Assembly (NCBI GenBank): GCA_018398765.1
Contig: JAHBMJ010000149.1
Coordinates: 1-54,398 of the forward strand
Length of the DNA stretch: 54,398 bases
Reading direction: 5' to 3'
Origin: Chromera velia
Lineage: Eukaryota
The translations under genes were made by a program, and so were the position numbers. This document shows positions 1 to 13,360 of this stretch, piece by piece (position 1 is the stretch's first letter; the number at the start of each line of letters is the position of its first letter). A model generated the notes under the pieces. The model was not told the DNA's origin and did no database searches. It saw nothing but the letters and a program-made list of their open reading frames with translations.

Positions 1-854
1 CCCCCCCCCCCCCCCCTCTGTTTTTCTTTGGACCGCATGGAGGACTGCACTAATGAACCAAGATATAAGGGAAGAAACAAAGCAAAGGAGACAGCTACCT
101 GCAGTGAAAGACATGAAATGAGGGCCCCTTTAGCAGAGCCAGTCTTCCTTCTCTTTTGTTTTCTGTTTCGCCTGTACCCCCATCCCATCCCGCCAACCGG
201 TTTGCCCTCCTGTTCCTGTGTGCCCCTAATTCATTTATGACGCACGAGGTGAGTAAGTCCTCCTCGATATTCTCTCTTTTCTCCCGCTCTTTCTCTTTTT
301 GCATGTTTTTAATGCCTCCTTCCCATCACCGAATGAATCAATGGCGAAGAAAAGTGCAGAGCAGAGAAACGGGAGCGGATTTCAAGCCGTTGCCAGATCA
401 GACCATGTGTTTGTGCTTCGTTGTTAAAGTTAGCGAGTGAGAAGAAGAAGGAGAAAAGAGGGTAAGACAAATCGAAGGATGCATGGAGGGAGGGAGAAAA
501 ACCACACCCACGGTAAACGTATGTGTGTATCTGGTGCGTGTAAGTGCGGGCACACATTGAAAAAATAAACACATAAAAAAAAAAGGCAAGCACGAGCAAA
601 TCAGAGGGCCATCCAACAAAGAGAGAGAAAAGTTTGGTGAAAGACTTGGGTGGAAGTGCACAGAAAGAAATATGCACAACTTCTCATGACATCGTTTCAC
701 CGCACTTCATCGTTTCTCTGCTCATTTGCTCCTAATCTCAGGTCACACCCCCCAACCCTTTTCTTTCCTTCAGAAGATTCCTTCGAGGACATAAATGAGT
801 TTTTTGGCCCCTCACATCCTTCACTCGCCCCACTTCTTCCCTTGCACCCTCCCC

Positions 855-2615
855 TCAACTCTCTTCCCGGCTCTCCTCTGTCTCCCCCTGCTGTTGCTGG
901 AACGACCCCCCCTGCCCCTGAGTTGTCGTCACCGTCACCTGCTCACCCCCCAGACCGTCAAAGCCCTGAAGGCCCAGAGGCACGGGGAGGGCATCGATAG
1001 GGATCCCTTGGTGCTTGTGTCCTCCTGAAGAGGGCAAAGAGGGGCGGGGAGGCAATCCGCTTCCTTCCTCCTCATACGGGGGGGGGATATTCGGCTGGAT
1101 GTTCGTCTGGATCGTCAGAGGGTTGGCCGTCATGGGGTAAGAAGGGGTGCGGTTGTTGCTGCCCTCCACCCACTCACGGAGACTATTCGCAGCGTGACCT
1201 GAAAAGGGAACGCGCTCCTGAGAGTGAGAAGCCCAGGGGGCAACGCCAGTCACGTCCTCATTCTGGCCTGCTCGGGGTCCCCTTCGGTTCATGTTGGGGG
1301 GGATGTTATTGGAACGAGGAGGTGCAAATTGGTGCATCTGGAGGTATGCGTCGGTTCTGAGACGAGGGTCCGAGAAGGACTGGATCTGCTGTGGTTGGTT
1401 CGACGCGTTCATGTTGTGGTGTGCCGATTGCTGGATGGGGGGTTGCCTTGCTGCGAATCTGCTGATCAAGTTTCGAGGGTCTCGCATCGGAATGCCCCCC
1501 TGGACCTTGGGATGGGGGGTGAGCTCTGGGATGGAGTCGGAGAGCTTGTTGAACTCGTCCCTTGCCTGGTACATCTCTGCAGAGATATCGGTACACATAG
1601 TCATACAGCATTTGTGAGGTATGACGATGCGTTGCTGTACAATTTCGAGCTTTCTGTGATTTCCTCTGTCTCCTGAACAAACGCAAGGGAAAAGAAGGGA
1701 GACAGGGAGGAGGGCTGCGGACAGAAGAGGCCAAATCAGAGTGAGAGTAAGAAAAAATGGCGTAGAGCTTCCACAGACGGACGTGTTCCATCTCCAACTC
1801 ATCAATATGAGTGTAGACCGGTTCGACCTTTCTTCTACTACCCAACGTGCTGCTGTACATAGACGGAAAGAAGCTGCCAAGCGACAGAAGGTTGAGCACT
1901 GTAGCTGACGTACCACTGGTGTCATGGGAGAAAGCGCAGTGAGGCAGTCGGGGGCACGGTTGGTTCTGCACAACAGGAGAGAAGGGGCAGAAATGAGTGT
2001 ACACAGACAACAGGGAACTGTTGGTCCTTCAGGAGAAAATGATACCAGTAGAAGGGAGTCTGTATATACATTAGAAGGGGCACTGCTGGTGCTGTAGCAA
2101 AGAACGAAAGTGGAGCGAATGAAGTTGCTGTGTTGTGTTGATTGAACGGGCTTTGAACTTACAGTCAGAAGGAACAGCAAAGATCTTTTCGTCGGATTGA
2201 CAGAAAACTTTGCGGGAGTACAAGGAAAGGACTGGGGCATGTTGGACCACAGAAGGTTGTGAATCTCTGATCCACCTTGGAAACAATGAGTGAGAGGTCT
2301 GGTGCCGGGCTCACCTTCGCAGTGTATGCGCAAAGGTCCATTTTGCGGAGGTCGGGTCTCGGTCTGAGTTCGTTGACGGAATGTGCAAAGTTGCACTTGT
2401 CCCCCAAGACACAGTTGCCGTATGGGAAGTGCCAGCACATCTTGGTCTTTGTTGCCCACTTTTTCCTGCAGTTATGGATCAAGACAAGCGTGCAGAGCTT
2501 CATACTCTCCACAACAACAGTACGTCCCGATGCATGCATAGGCTTGTGTATCCCTCTGTGTACACGAATCCACTGACTTGTTGTGAGCAATTGCGGGATC
2601 CCTTGAAGAGGCCAT
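855..2615 (-). CDS. Tandem CCCH zinc-finger (TIS11/ZFP36-like) RNA-binding protein, ~320 aa, 4 exons
   Basis: Exons 2615-2578, 2465-2315, 1965-1914 and 1576-855 have GT-AG boundaries and matching phases. Translation begins MASSRDPAIAHNKKKWATKTKMCWHFPYGNCVLGDKCNFAHSVNELRPRPDLRKMDLCAYTAKNQPCPRLPHCAFSHDTSEMYQ, giving two C-x7/8-C-x5-C-x3-H fingers, then a P/Q/N-rich tail. The 3' end could contain a further intron. Confidence 0.85.
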
Positions 2616-3302
2616 GGTTTCCTTTGTCGGTCAGAAGGGACTCAGTGAAAAGAATACAGATAAAAGGGCAGAACGCAATCAGCACAGCCAGCGACTACAA
2701 ATATATATACTCTCTTCTTCCGATCGAGCTTGTCGAGTGATCGATACGATCTGTATACGTCTTTCAGTCAACTTGCTTCGATGGATGCACACTCACTCAC
2801 TCACTCACTTACTCACTGCAAATCACTGTGATTCAACCTCACTGGGGTTCGAACGTCAGCAGATGAGACCTCGTGTGTCTCTCCGACGTGCTTTCTGGCT
2901 GGGAAGTGTCCGCTTGGCTCGATCTTTGATATCGCACAGCGCGCTCGTAAAAGAATGCGTGCGCGACCCTTTTTGTACACACCAACATCGGCCTTATCCT
3001 GGAACAAATTTTTGTCAAAAATCATGTATCATATGTATTGTATCGAAATTCATCGATAAATGCCATGGACAAATCGATCATTCCGTGCAGTCCAGGTGAC
3101 ACTGATCTGTGTGATTGTAACTGGCAAGCGGGTACTCTGAAAGACAGATCAAAGGAGGCGAGTGGTCAGAAAAGTTTCCTGTTTAGATTCCCCCAAGCAA
3201 TTAAGCAGCCTTTGGACCGACCGGACATTCCGGAGGATTTCCACGTCGAGCTCCCCACCGTACCTACACTCACAGTCTGAGCGACAGACTTGCAGCTAGA
3301 TC
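2616..3302. promoter_or_regulatory. Short divergent intergenic region / candidate bidirectional promoter
   Basis: 687 bp separate head-to-head ATGs at 2615 (-) and 3303 (+). Confidence 0.5.
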
Positions 3303-4468
3303 ATGGCGGAAGAAGCGGCAATTCTGGCAAAGGACGTTCTGAGGAACAGTCTCTCCCAAATATCCAAAACCGTCGGTGCGTTGTGGGTCCATCTCTTTTC
3401 TTCACCGCCGCTGTACATGCATGCAATCTAACCATACACGTATTCATGCATGTTCATGAATATATACATATATGTTCATACAAGATCGATCTCTTCGATG
3501 ATCTTTGCAACCGTCTACGCTTCCCTCTCATTGCCTCTCCCTGCAGACGGGTCTGGGTATGCGTTCATCAGACTCAATTGCGCGGTGAGTGCCTCGATGT
3601 TCCTCTTTCTGCATATACACTGTTGCTGCACCGTTTTTATGCGGTTGAATTGGTGCTCCATGCCCTCCTGTCTCTCCGCGTAAGGTTTCCACGAATAGTC
3701 AGTCCCCTGTCTTTTTTCCTGCCTTCCTGGATTGCTGCTCCTTTATCCTTTGCCTCTGTTCTCCCCCCTTTTCCATCACCCCTTCAGTCCATCATGAACA
3801 TGAATTCGAAACAACATGCGTTCCCTTTGAAGTGGCACGCTACGAATGTACTAATGTAAGTAGTCAGAGCACTATCAATCACCTAAAGGTCCCTTCTTAT
3901 TCGATATGAGGGGCTGAGTAGCCATTTTCTCGCTCTTGCCTCACTCAATCAGGAAACGAAGTGTACGCATGGCCCTTCTCAGTCTGTCCTCCTCTCTTCT
4001 CTTCTTCTTGTGCATGTCCTCTCAGGACAAAGGCATCCAGGTGGTGCCTGAGTTCCTCAACGAGTACAAACACCTGAGGTACATCGACGTCTCCAAGAAC
4101 CAAATTCCAGACATTCTTCCCTGTAAGTCCGCAGAGAGGGACCGGAAAGTGGGAGGGGCGCTGTAGAAAGAGAACTCGAAAGAGACATTTTCTTTCCCTG
4201 TTTTTGTCCTTCTCCTTCTTCTCCTGGTGCTCTTGATCTTTCCTTTTCTTGTTTTCTTCTGTGGAGTATGCGTAAATGCTGTTTTGAGAAATCATGAGAG
4301 TTCGGATAAGCATGATGACCATGCGTCATTCTGAACAAATGCTGTTTTAATCTGTGCAGTCACCCAATTGCCTCATGTGATCTCCTTGGCGGCCAACACG
4401 AACGCCCTGACGACCCTTGAACCCTTCAAGGAGCCCTGCATGCCCTACTGCCAGGTAAATTGGTGCAA

Positions 4469-4509
<41 letters not shown>

Positions 4510-7376
4510 TACGCATGTATGTGTTGACCACCCCCCCCCCCCCCTCCCGGACACGTTTCATGGCCCCTTTATGATGTACTTCCGGGTCATATGCCTTCTT
4601 TCTCTGTACCTCCCTTTTCGATTGTCAAGCATTAACTCTGCAGGCATACATGCTCAACCCATCATCGACAAGAGCTGAGGAGTGTCTGCTTCAATCCATG
4701 TCGGTGTTCAAGTGCTTGAGTCCCCCTACATATCTGTCTGAGTGCATGGATGCAGGTGGTGAACATGTCAGAAAACCAAATCACAAAGCTTGGGCCAATC
4801 AAACTGGACAGGCTGACAGACCTCAATCTCAGCAGTCAGTCCTTCACTTCTTCCTTCGTCTCCCTCCGTCTTGTCTGCAGCACTCTAGTACTGCCTCTTC
4901 CCTCTTTTGTCTGTCTTGAGCTTTCTGAGTTTGACTTCATTAGAGAGTTGTGCCAAAAGACCTGCCCCCCGCAGGCAGTTTGCTGTCACTTACTTACTCA
5001 CTTTCTACCCTTCAAAAGGAATGGATGGAAGGAAGGAAGAGCGAAAGAGAAAGACCCAGCCCACACGTCCTATAAAAAGTCGCAGTCGGATACTCAGACA
5101 ATTTATGTGTGCTTGTCCAAAGAGGTCTGTGTTCATGCGTGTTCCCCGCGCGCGCGTGTGTGTTTGTGTGTGTGTGTGTGCGTGTATGTATGTGTGCGTG
5201 TGTGTATGTATGTGCAGAGAACGAAATCGCGGCAGTGGAAGAGTTTGATGGCCACCCGACACTTCAGACCCTGAGCCTCAGTGGCAACAAACTGAAGGCC
5301 TGCGACGGCATTGCCAACATGCCCGTCTTGAAGTCTCTGGTCATGTCGGGTCTGTCAAATTCACATCCGACGAGAATAATTGTCGTGTGTGCTCGGACAG
5401 ACTGGAAAGTCATTGGCGTGCAGTCCGTCTCAAATCCGTACATCACTCCACTTTCATTCCTCCCCTTCTCCACATTGCCTGTCCAATCGTTAGCCAGAAA
5501 CCTCAGGAGGCCAAGAGAGGGGTGGGAAATAACGGAATATGTGTTTTTGTGTGGTGCTCGGAGGAACAGATTGCGAGAAGGTGAGAAATCAGCACAGAAT
5601 AAAAACGCAAGAGAATCACTTTACCTCCTCCCTGTGTGCATGCAGAGAACGAGATCAACAACACAACCGCACTGGCAGAGCTGCCCGAATTAGAGGTGCT
5701 GGACCTCTCAACCAACAAGGTCGGTCAGTCCAGCACTACTAGTCAACCAATTCAAGCACCAGAAGAAAGAAGCCTTTGAAGTGACCAAAGTGATTGAATG
5801 CCGAGATGAAGTTGATGACTCAAGCAATCTGGCACGGAGATGAAAATCCCCGTCGTTGCGAATGAATGAAAACATTGCCTGTCTTCTTCCCTCCGCTCCC
5901 CCCCTCCTCTCTGCCTCCTGCAGTTGACGACCCTCGACGGCTTCAAGGGGGTCCCCAACATCACTGCTCTCCACATCAAGTCAGTCAGTCGCTCAGTCAG
6001 TCGGCCAGACAAAGAAAAAGGCATCAAATGCCCAGAAAAGGACGTTGAAGTGTGTGTATGAGAGAGGGAGAGACAGAGAGACAAAAAAAGGGGGAGATTG
6101 CGTGCGCATGGGGCCTGTACGGGTGGTGCCGGATGAAGAGAACGCAACAAAAGACAGTAATGAAACGAAGAGACGATGTCCCATTTTTGCAGATGTGCAC
6201 TTCTTTTTCCTTCATTATTTCCTCCTTTCTTTTGCCGTTTCGTTCGTTCATGTGACTTCTTTGTCCGCCCTTTCTTTGCTTAATTGCGTGTGCAGAGAGA
6301 ATCAGGTGACAGACGTGAAGGAATTTGAGAAACTTCGAGTCCTCCCAAAGCTCAGGGTCCTCTCAGCAGACGGTCTGTCATTATGAGCACCCAAGTGCCG
6401 CTGCTCTTTTTACGGCAAGCAGAAGAGAAACACGATTTGTGATCTGTGTCTGCTCTCTCTCTCAACTGTTTGCCTGTCCCTATTTCTTTCTATGCACTCA
6501 AAATGTACACACACATTTGAAGTTCCTTATCATTGAGGGAAATGATGCTTAAATGATCCCTTAATTTCTGAATCTTCCTTTTTGCTCTGTGTCCACCTTC
6601 TTTGCGTGTATCTGCTTCGTTGAATGAAAGTGCCGGCACGAGACATGGAAAGCAGAAAAGGAAAAAAGGCAGAACGAAGGAAAGTCATGCAGTCCGAGAG
6701 AAGCAATTCAGACACGAAGGATGCACTCCAGGAACGAAGCAAAAATTGCCTCCATACATGCGTGCGCAGGAAATCCAGCATGCGAGATTGAGAATTTCCG
6801 TGTGGAGGTAGGTCCGTTTGTTGAATGCAGTTTTAGGTCTGCAGGAAAGCAAGTAACCATCTTTCATCTTTCTCTTGTGTGGAGTTCTGTTCCTTGCTTG
6901 GGCATTCGTGTTCAATTCTTTGTGGATTATGTTCTCCTGTAGGTAACTTGAAAAGGCTTTTTTGTGTTCTGACGGTTTGATATTCTTTGACGAGACCTTT
7001 ACTACCAGTGCTTTCCCTTCTTCGAAAAGGTTGTTCATGTCGGTTTCTTTCGACACTGCTCTATTCCTTCGTGTCTCCATAAGTAATGTCATTTTCAGAA
7101 GCACCATTGCAGCCCCATCTTTGGGCCGTTTCTGAGACTGACGGTGTGTATTTGGTTTCTTTCTGCAGCTGCTGTTGATTCTGGAGCGTCTGACAGAAAT
7201 CAACGGAGAGCTGGTGACTGACGAGGAGAGGGAGGCCGCAAAGGAGCTGCAGGAGACCAGAAGGAAAGAGAAGGAGGTCAGTCAGCAGGACCGGTATCGG
7301 GGAGGGAAGAAAAATGAAATGTGTGGAGAAGCAACAGAAGGACAAAAAGAAAGGAGGAAGATACAAAAAGAAGGGG

Positions 7377-7431
<55 letters not shown>

Positions 7432-7940
7432 AGAGGGAGAGGGAGAGAGGCAGAGAGACAGACCTACAGTCAGATTGCAAAGTACAGAGAGAGGTAGACG
7501 GGCAGACCGGCATGCATACATCCTGGCAGAGAGAAAGACATGTTCAAAAAAGGGAGTCAGGCAAGAAAGCAGACAGACAGACAGACAGACAGTCAGTCAG
7601 TTGGATCAAAGAATGGAGTGCTGGACATGGGGACGCATCAGCTTTAATCAATGAATCTCCTCTTCTTATTTCATAGAGTGACGCACATTCGTGTTGTTGC
7701 ATCTTCCCCCAGGGCTGCCGATCTCTCGGCTTCAAGATCTTCTGGCTGGTTGCTGCCAGAAATACTTTTGTGTTCTCACTGCGTTATTTTGCTTGTTTCT
7801 CGTCTTCCTCGATCAAATTCCATTGCACGTGTTCTCTTTTCTCGTCTGGCCCTTTTCTTGAATGACACCTGCAGGAGGCTGAAGCTGCAGCCAAGGCGGC
7901 AGAAGAGGCTGCAGCAAATGGAGAAGGAGGGGGAGAGTGA
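3303..7940 (+). CDS. LRRC23: Leucine-rich repeat protein, LRRC23-like (axonemal radial-spoke associated), ~310 aa, 12 exons
   Basis: Exons 3303-3375, 3547-3584, 4026-4122, 4360-4454, 4756-4834, 5218-5349, 5646-5719, 5924-5979, 6296-6372, 6770-6807, 7169-7276 and 7875-7940 are all GT-AG and phase-compatible. The N-terminus (LRNSLSQISKTVDGSGYAFIRLNC...YKHLRYIDVSKNQI) resembles LRRC23. SDS22-type LRRs follow, then an LRR cap (LRVLSADGNP...FRVELLLILERLTEINGELVT) and an E/A-rich tail. Confidence 0.85.
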
Positions 7941-8403
7941 ATTGCTTTCATGGACACGACACAACTATAGGGAGTGGCAGGAGGCAAGCAGAACGCGATG
8001 CAGAGTCTATGCAGACATTTCCGGGTGCGGCGGTGCGCGGTTTCTGCTGTACATTGACTTCAAATCTAGATTCGAATCTATGAGAGAACATGGCTGGAGG
8101 TTGCATTCCATTCTTCTTTACACTATACAGTGGCATACACTGCTGTTTCTCTGTTGTGGTGCCTAGTTGACCTGAGGAAGAGATTGTGATATAAGAAAAA
8201 CTTGAACAACCCGTGTACAAATTTTAAAGTGTTTAACTCAAAAGTTTAAATAGAATCTGATGATTATCTTACAAATCTGACTCGGACACACATAGTAACA
8301 GTTCGAATTTCTTAATTACACTTCATATTTTATAAGTGGAACAAAAATGATAAAAAAACTATAGTAAAAAAATGATATCATTTTTTTTATCATTTTTTTT
8401 TTT

Positions 8404-8524
8404 AAGAACTACAAAGAGTTAGAAGTCCACTGCATACTAAACATGCTAAGAGATCTATAGTTGGCTGTGCGTTAAGCGGTATTACTAGTTTGAGGTTTTG
8501 AACTTCTAACTCTTTATAGTTCTT
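8404..8524. repeat. Inverted repeat, 23-bp arms (22/23 identical), MITE-like
   Basis: aagaactacaaagagttagaagt (8404-8426) pairs with acttctaactctttatagttctt (8502-8524), inside an AT-rich tract. Confidence 0.6.
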
Positions 8525-8602
8525 TAAACTTGATTTCAGTTACTTAAAAACAATGTGTAGAACTGAGTATAAAATTTGATGTCAATTTTTAAAAGTGTAC
8601 CT

Positions 8603-9033
8603 TGCTTTGTCCCTTCTGTCCGGCCACCTTATGGCGTCCAGACAGAAGGTAAAGCGAGGATAAGAACCTTAGGAAGATCTAGAGAAGGAACGTGAGTAAC
8701 ACTCAGTCAGGAAACAGTTTACAGAAAGTTTATTTCTAGAGCGATCTGGGATTTCAATCAGCTGGATTCATTCTATTATACACGGTTTCTGCTCATTCCT
8801 CTCTCTCAGACTCTAGAGCTCTCTTGATCTGTGACGAACAGACATCAGACTCAAACGATGCTATCCGTTGCTTGAGTAACATGTTGCATGCTTGAATACA
8901 AAGGTCAGACTCGATCGACTTCAACAACTATGATCGACGGCGGAGCCTGGCGTCGGCACGCAGACTTAGACTCATTCAGATATACAGCGCATGCGAGGGT
9001 CCAGAGGGCGGCGCCACAGGGTAGGACTCCACA
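8603..9033 (-). repeat. 3' LTR (431 bp)
   Basis: Differs from 12900-13360 by 11 substitutions and a 30-bp deletion; starts tgctttg and ends ccaca. Confidence 0.9.
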
Positions 9034-9035
9034 GA

Positions 9036-9043
9036 TCCCCCCC
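9036..9043 (-). other. Polypurine tract of the LTR element
   Basis: The minus strand reads GGGGGGGA-TC immediately before the TGT that opens the 3' LTR. Confidence 0.6.
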
Positions 9044-11744
9044 GGACACAGACAAAAAAATCGCGTCCCCGTGATCAGTCAGACACATTCGAGCATGCGC
9101 GGAAAGGGAAAAAAGGCGAGCAAAAGGACACGATCAACCATACAGATGCAATGCAAACCCATGCAACCAACAGAACACCTTTAAGGGGGTAGTCGAAAAT
9201 ATCCAAACGCGAAAGCTGACAAGCAGAAAAGTTTCCTCCCATTGACGCAAGTTAATCAGATTAACGTGCGCAAAGGTACTATCACCACTGCCTTGCCGGC
9301 AACGCCAACCCACCAGGTCTTTCCTCGAAAAACCCGTTTTAGGGACGTTGGCTTACTCGTGGCCTGCAAAAGCACACCATCTCTACCTGATGGCAGAGCC
9401 CATCACTCAACGGCCGCAAGCTTTCCAATGCAAGGTCTTACGTTTCTTTAGCTTTCTATTAACCTCTCAGATCTCTGTGAAAGAAAGAACGAGACGGACA
9501 TGCTAGACAGAAAGAGCGACAGAGAGTAAGACACAGTGAGGCCTGCACGGTATCCGTGCGGTCACATGCACGCATGCATCCCCATGCTGATGCATACGCT
9601 CGCAGCCGTTTACTTTACTTTTTCTTTTTTTTTCTTCATCTCTCTCTCTTTCGCTCTCTTACCTCTCATTCCCGCTTCGCTTTCCCCTCACTGTCTTCTT
9701 TTCTCTTCCGAGCCGCCGGTCTTGCAGCAATGCGGCAAAGTCAGACAAGCGAAGGCGGCTACAGCGAGGCAAGAGAAGAAGGACTCACACTTTGAACAAC
9801 ACACTCTGCATGACAAGAGTTTGTCTCGATGCAACCAGTGGAAAAGGCGGCCACAGCGAGAAGACAGAGAAGCAAACGACCGAAACTGGGAAAAGAAAAG
9901 AGCAGACCGATCGACTTTCTACGAAGCAACAAACAGACAGACTCAGAGGGACACGTGCGGCCAACCAAAGAACTAATGGGGCAAAAGTTCAGGCATGCAC
10001 ATGCATGCATACACGCTCCCACCACATCAGATCTTCATATTCATAAATGGGACAGTATCAAAGGGCACTGGAAGGCAGTAAATTAGAAAGCGGAGACTGC
10101 GTCAATACAAAAATTCTAAGAGGGACAGATAAGAGCATTCCGACAAATGTTCACTCTTCAAACTCTTGTGCACTACGACCGTTTCCTTTTCCTCTCATGT
10201 CTTTTTCATGCTGCCTTCGTTCCCCTTGAAGTGAGACAGAAAAACAAAGCAACTCCACACCTCCGTGGTTTCGAAACAAAGACGCAGATCGAACACCACC
10301 AACGACAGACCAAGCAAAAAGAAAGATGCGGAACTGGCGGAAAGAAAGAGGTAGCTAACTCCGTTTTCCGACTTCGTTTCACTTGCTCCCACTCTCTCTC
10401 TCTCTTTCTTAGACCGGCCTGCTAGAAGGAAGCGGGCGACAAACAGAACAGTACGCTTGCAACAGATCCCCTTCCAGTTTTCCTTTCTGAATGCAAGTAG
10501 ACGGGCAGACCAAGGGACGAACAAAACATGAAGAGACGGCGAAAGTCTGGATACAAACCGGGGTAAGCAACCGAAAGATCTGGTGATACATGAGAGAGAA
10601 ACACAGCAAACCTTGCATTCCGACGTGAGGTGAGAGACGGATAGAAAGTGACAGAGGCAGGGAAAGGCAAATCAAGACAACAGACATCAACGAATGAACG
10701 GCCGTAAACGGCAGCCGGTCAGACTTATTGGAGGAAGACGCCTGGCGGTACACCGTCTGGCTCTACGCAGATGCTCGCGCAGAGACGGCTGGCTCCACCA
10801 AAGCCCCCATCAACTCCCCTGCTGCGAGGGGGAGAGGCGATACCCAGAAAACCCAGAGGGCCTCCAAAGCACCGGCATCCCCCTGCAGGGAGAAGATACA
10901 GAAGGGATACAGAGACATGCACGGGCTGTTCCCTCGCTTTTTCTTCTTTTCTCGTTGAACCAGACATCTCTTTAAAGATTTCTTCTCTCTTTACTCCTCG
11001 TCTACTCATTTTCTCTCCGCCTCTTCCAGTCTCTTTTTCTTAAATTAAAGAGGAAGCCAGGGATAACCCAAAACGTTTCAAAGCAGCAGAAGGAAGCGAG
11101 AAGGAGACAGCAAATGAAGGCGCCCCTTCGTGCGCTCATGCTCTCAGCCACATGAGGGGTCTGACTCCCAAGTCATGCGCAAAGAAGAGAAGCCGAGAGA
11201 GAAGAAAGGTCACTCTTCCAAAAGGAGCTCCAGAAGTTTCGAATGCGCGGCATATGCGGCGCTTGGCTTGTTGTTCTCGCAGTCTACCTCTTTGACGCTC
11301 AGCCTTGCAATGCTCACTCCCCCCCCAAGTTCAGTGCAGGAGCACAAGGGCAGTCACAGGCAGTCGCGGGCACGCGCAGGCATAAGCACATGGCGGCGAC
11401 AATCAGACAGTCCTCTGCCGTTTTCACACGTAGCTGACGTAGGGGTAGGCAAATTGAATCGAGTTGGAGTTCTTGTCAACAGAAGGACTCGACGGTCTTA
11501 TCGAGCACAAACATACTCCGCGCGTGTCAGTAGCTGCATAAAGGGAGGGAGTTAGGACCGGACACATTGCAGACTGCCCCGCTGGTCTCTTTCTATCTCG
11601 TCTCTTCTTTCTGTCTTGTTTCATCCCCTTGTTGCTCCTTTCAACACATGTAGTGGCATAAACTCTCAACTCTGAACAAAAGACGCTCCAGTCATACTCA
11701 GTCGCTGGTACTTCGCATGCTCTCGGCCAGCCTCGATTCGATTC

Positions 11745-11910
11745 ACCCCCCCCACCCTGAAGCAACCCCCCTCTCCCCTTCTTTCCCCCCTTTTTCCCCT
11801 CCCTTTCCCTTCCCTTTTATCCTCCCTTTTCACCCCCTCTTCCCTTTTCCCCCCCCTTCTCCCTCCCCTTCCCTTCTCTTCCCCCACGACCCCCTCTTGC
11901 CCTTTCCTGT
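11745..11910 (-). repeat. Polypurine/polypyrimidine tract with many G-runs (G-quadruplex/triplex-prone)
   Basis: About 165 bp of almost pure C/T on the plus strand, with repeated C3-C9 runs, inside the LTR element. Confidence 0.6.
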
Positions 11911-12878
11911 TAGTTAAAAATGTGCCGGCGCCGGTGAGAGACGGGCAGCCGCCGTGTGCCCTACTCTGTCTCTCAGTAGGTCTGCCGCGACCCTTCTGCC
12001 TCTCTTGCCATCGAGGGCAGGCTTAATGACATTCTAGATAACATTTTGTACCCTTTCCTTACTTCCCCCTCCTTCCTACTCCAGGCTCGCCACGTCAGGG
12101 TCCCAGAGCAGAAGGCTTCCCCGGCTGGCACACCGGCCGTCGCCGCGTTGGTCCGTGTGGTATACCACCACCTGTCCCTTCTGTCTGTTGAATGCGCATG
12201 CAGAGTCTCACACACCCGATCGAACGGCCACTCATCGAATGATCTACACAACAGACGGACAGCCAGAAGCGATAAGCTCTCTCTCGGAAGAAAGTGATAA
12301 CCTTGCAGACACATGGTCCCAAGAGAGACGAAGGGCGTCTTCTTGTGTTTGGACGCTGTCAGAGGACCAGTCCAGACAGACCCAGACACGTTGGAGGTGT
12401 TTGCAGGCCACGAAGGTGGTCAGCTTTGCGCAGACAAGCAAGCAACCAACAACAAAGACAAGTGAAGGTGATCAACCGACACTCGTCCGGAAGATGGAGA
12501 CAGTTGCAGAATCAGCAGACATAAGGAAAGCATTCAACTGGCCGTTTGGATTGCGATGTACTTGTAGGTGGCGGTCTCAATGAAGTCAAGCTCCTCGAAA
12601 GTCCGAGCAACACCAAGCAACGTCTCCACCACCGGCTTTGGCGACCTCTAACGATCTTTGGGCTCTCTACCCAAAGACAAAGGCAAAGTCCAGGATCGGA
12701 CTCGAAGGGGATATCCGAAAGAGGGCTCCAGGCAGCTTGGAACATAAGGGGATGCTGAATTCCCCTACTCACGGTCTTTGCCTGACCGTGCCCATATCGT
12801 TGCAATCGGATTTCAACTGTTGCGTAAAGAGACAGATCTGATCTCCATCATAGAAGGTATACGAAAGTTGATACTCAT

Positions 12879-12896
12879 TGAGCTGAGCGTTCACCA
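12879..12896 (-). other. Candidate primer-binding site
   Basis: On the minus strand the LTR-terminal CA is followed by a 3-nt spacer (TTG), then TGGTGAACGCTCAGCTCA. TGG is complementary to tRNA CCA. The cognate tRNA was not identified. Confidence 0.55.
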
Positions 12897-12899
12897 CAA

Positions 12900-13360
12900 T
12901 GCTTTGTCCCTTCTGTCCAGCCACCTTATGGCGTTCAGACAGAAGGTAAAGCGAGGATAAGAACCTTAGGAAGATCTAGAGAAGGAACGTGAGCAACACT
13001 CAGTCAGGCAACAGTTTACAGAAAGTTTATCTCTAGAGCGATCTGGGATTTCAATCAGCTGGATTCATTCTATCATACACGGTTTCTGCTCATTCCTCTC
13101 TCTCAGACTCTAGAGCTCTCTTGATCTGTGACGAACAGACATCAGACTCAAACGATGCTATCCGTTGCTTGAGTAACATGTTGCATGCTTGAATACAAAG
13201 GTCAGACTCGATCGACTTCAACAACTTTGATCGACGTGCGCGACACGTATGAAACAAAGCGTGGCGGCGGAGCCTGGCGTTGGCACGCAGACTCGGACTC
13301 ATTCAGATATACAGCGCATGCGAGGGTCCAGAGGGCGGCGCCACAGGGTAGGACTCTACA
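12900..13360 (-). repeat. 5' LTR (461 bp)
   Basis: Direct repeat of 8603-9033 with TG...CA termini, followed by the ACCT duplication. Confidence 0.9.

Larger units (their letters stand above)
8603..13360 (-). mobile_element. Non-autonomous LTR retrotransposon (LARD/large TRIM-like), 4758 bp
   Basis: Two direct repeats with TG...CA ends, flanked by the 4-bp duplication ACCT (8599-8602 and 13361-13364). A PBS-like TGG and a G-rich PPT sit in minus orientation. No gag/pol ORF is recognisable inside. Confidence 0.85.

Noticed and set aside
1..850. Possible exon(s) with a gtgagt donor at ~249 and an acceptor at ~772
   Set aside because: No coherent reading frame could be assembled; probably 3'UTR/intergenic sequence or part of a gene outside the window.
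855..2459. 534-aa single-exon ORF
   Set aside because: Only 855-1576 is in the true frame; the zinc fingers assemble by splicing from other frames, and the rest is intron read-through.
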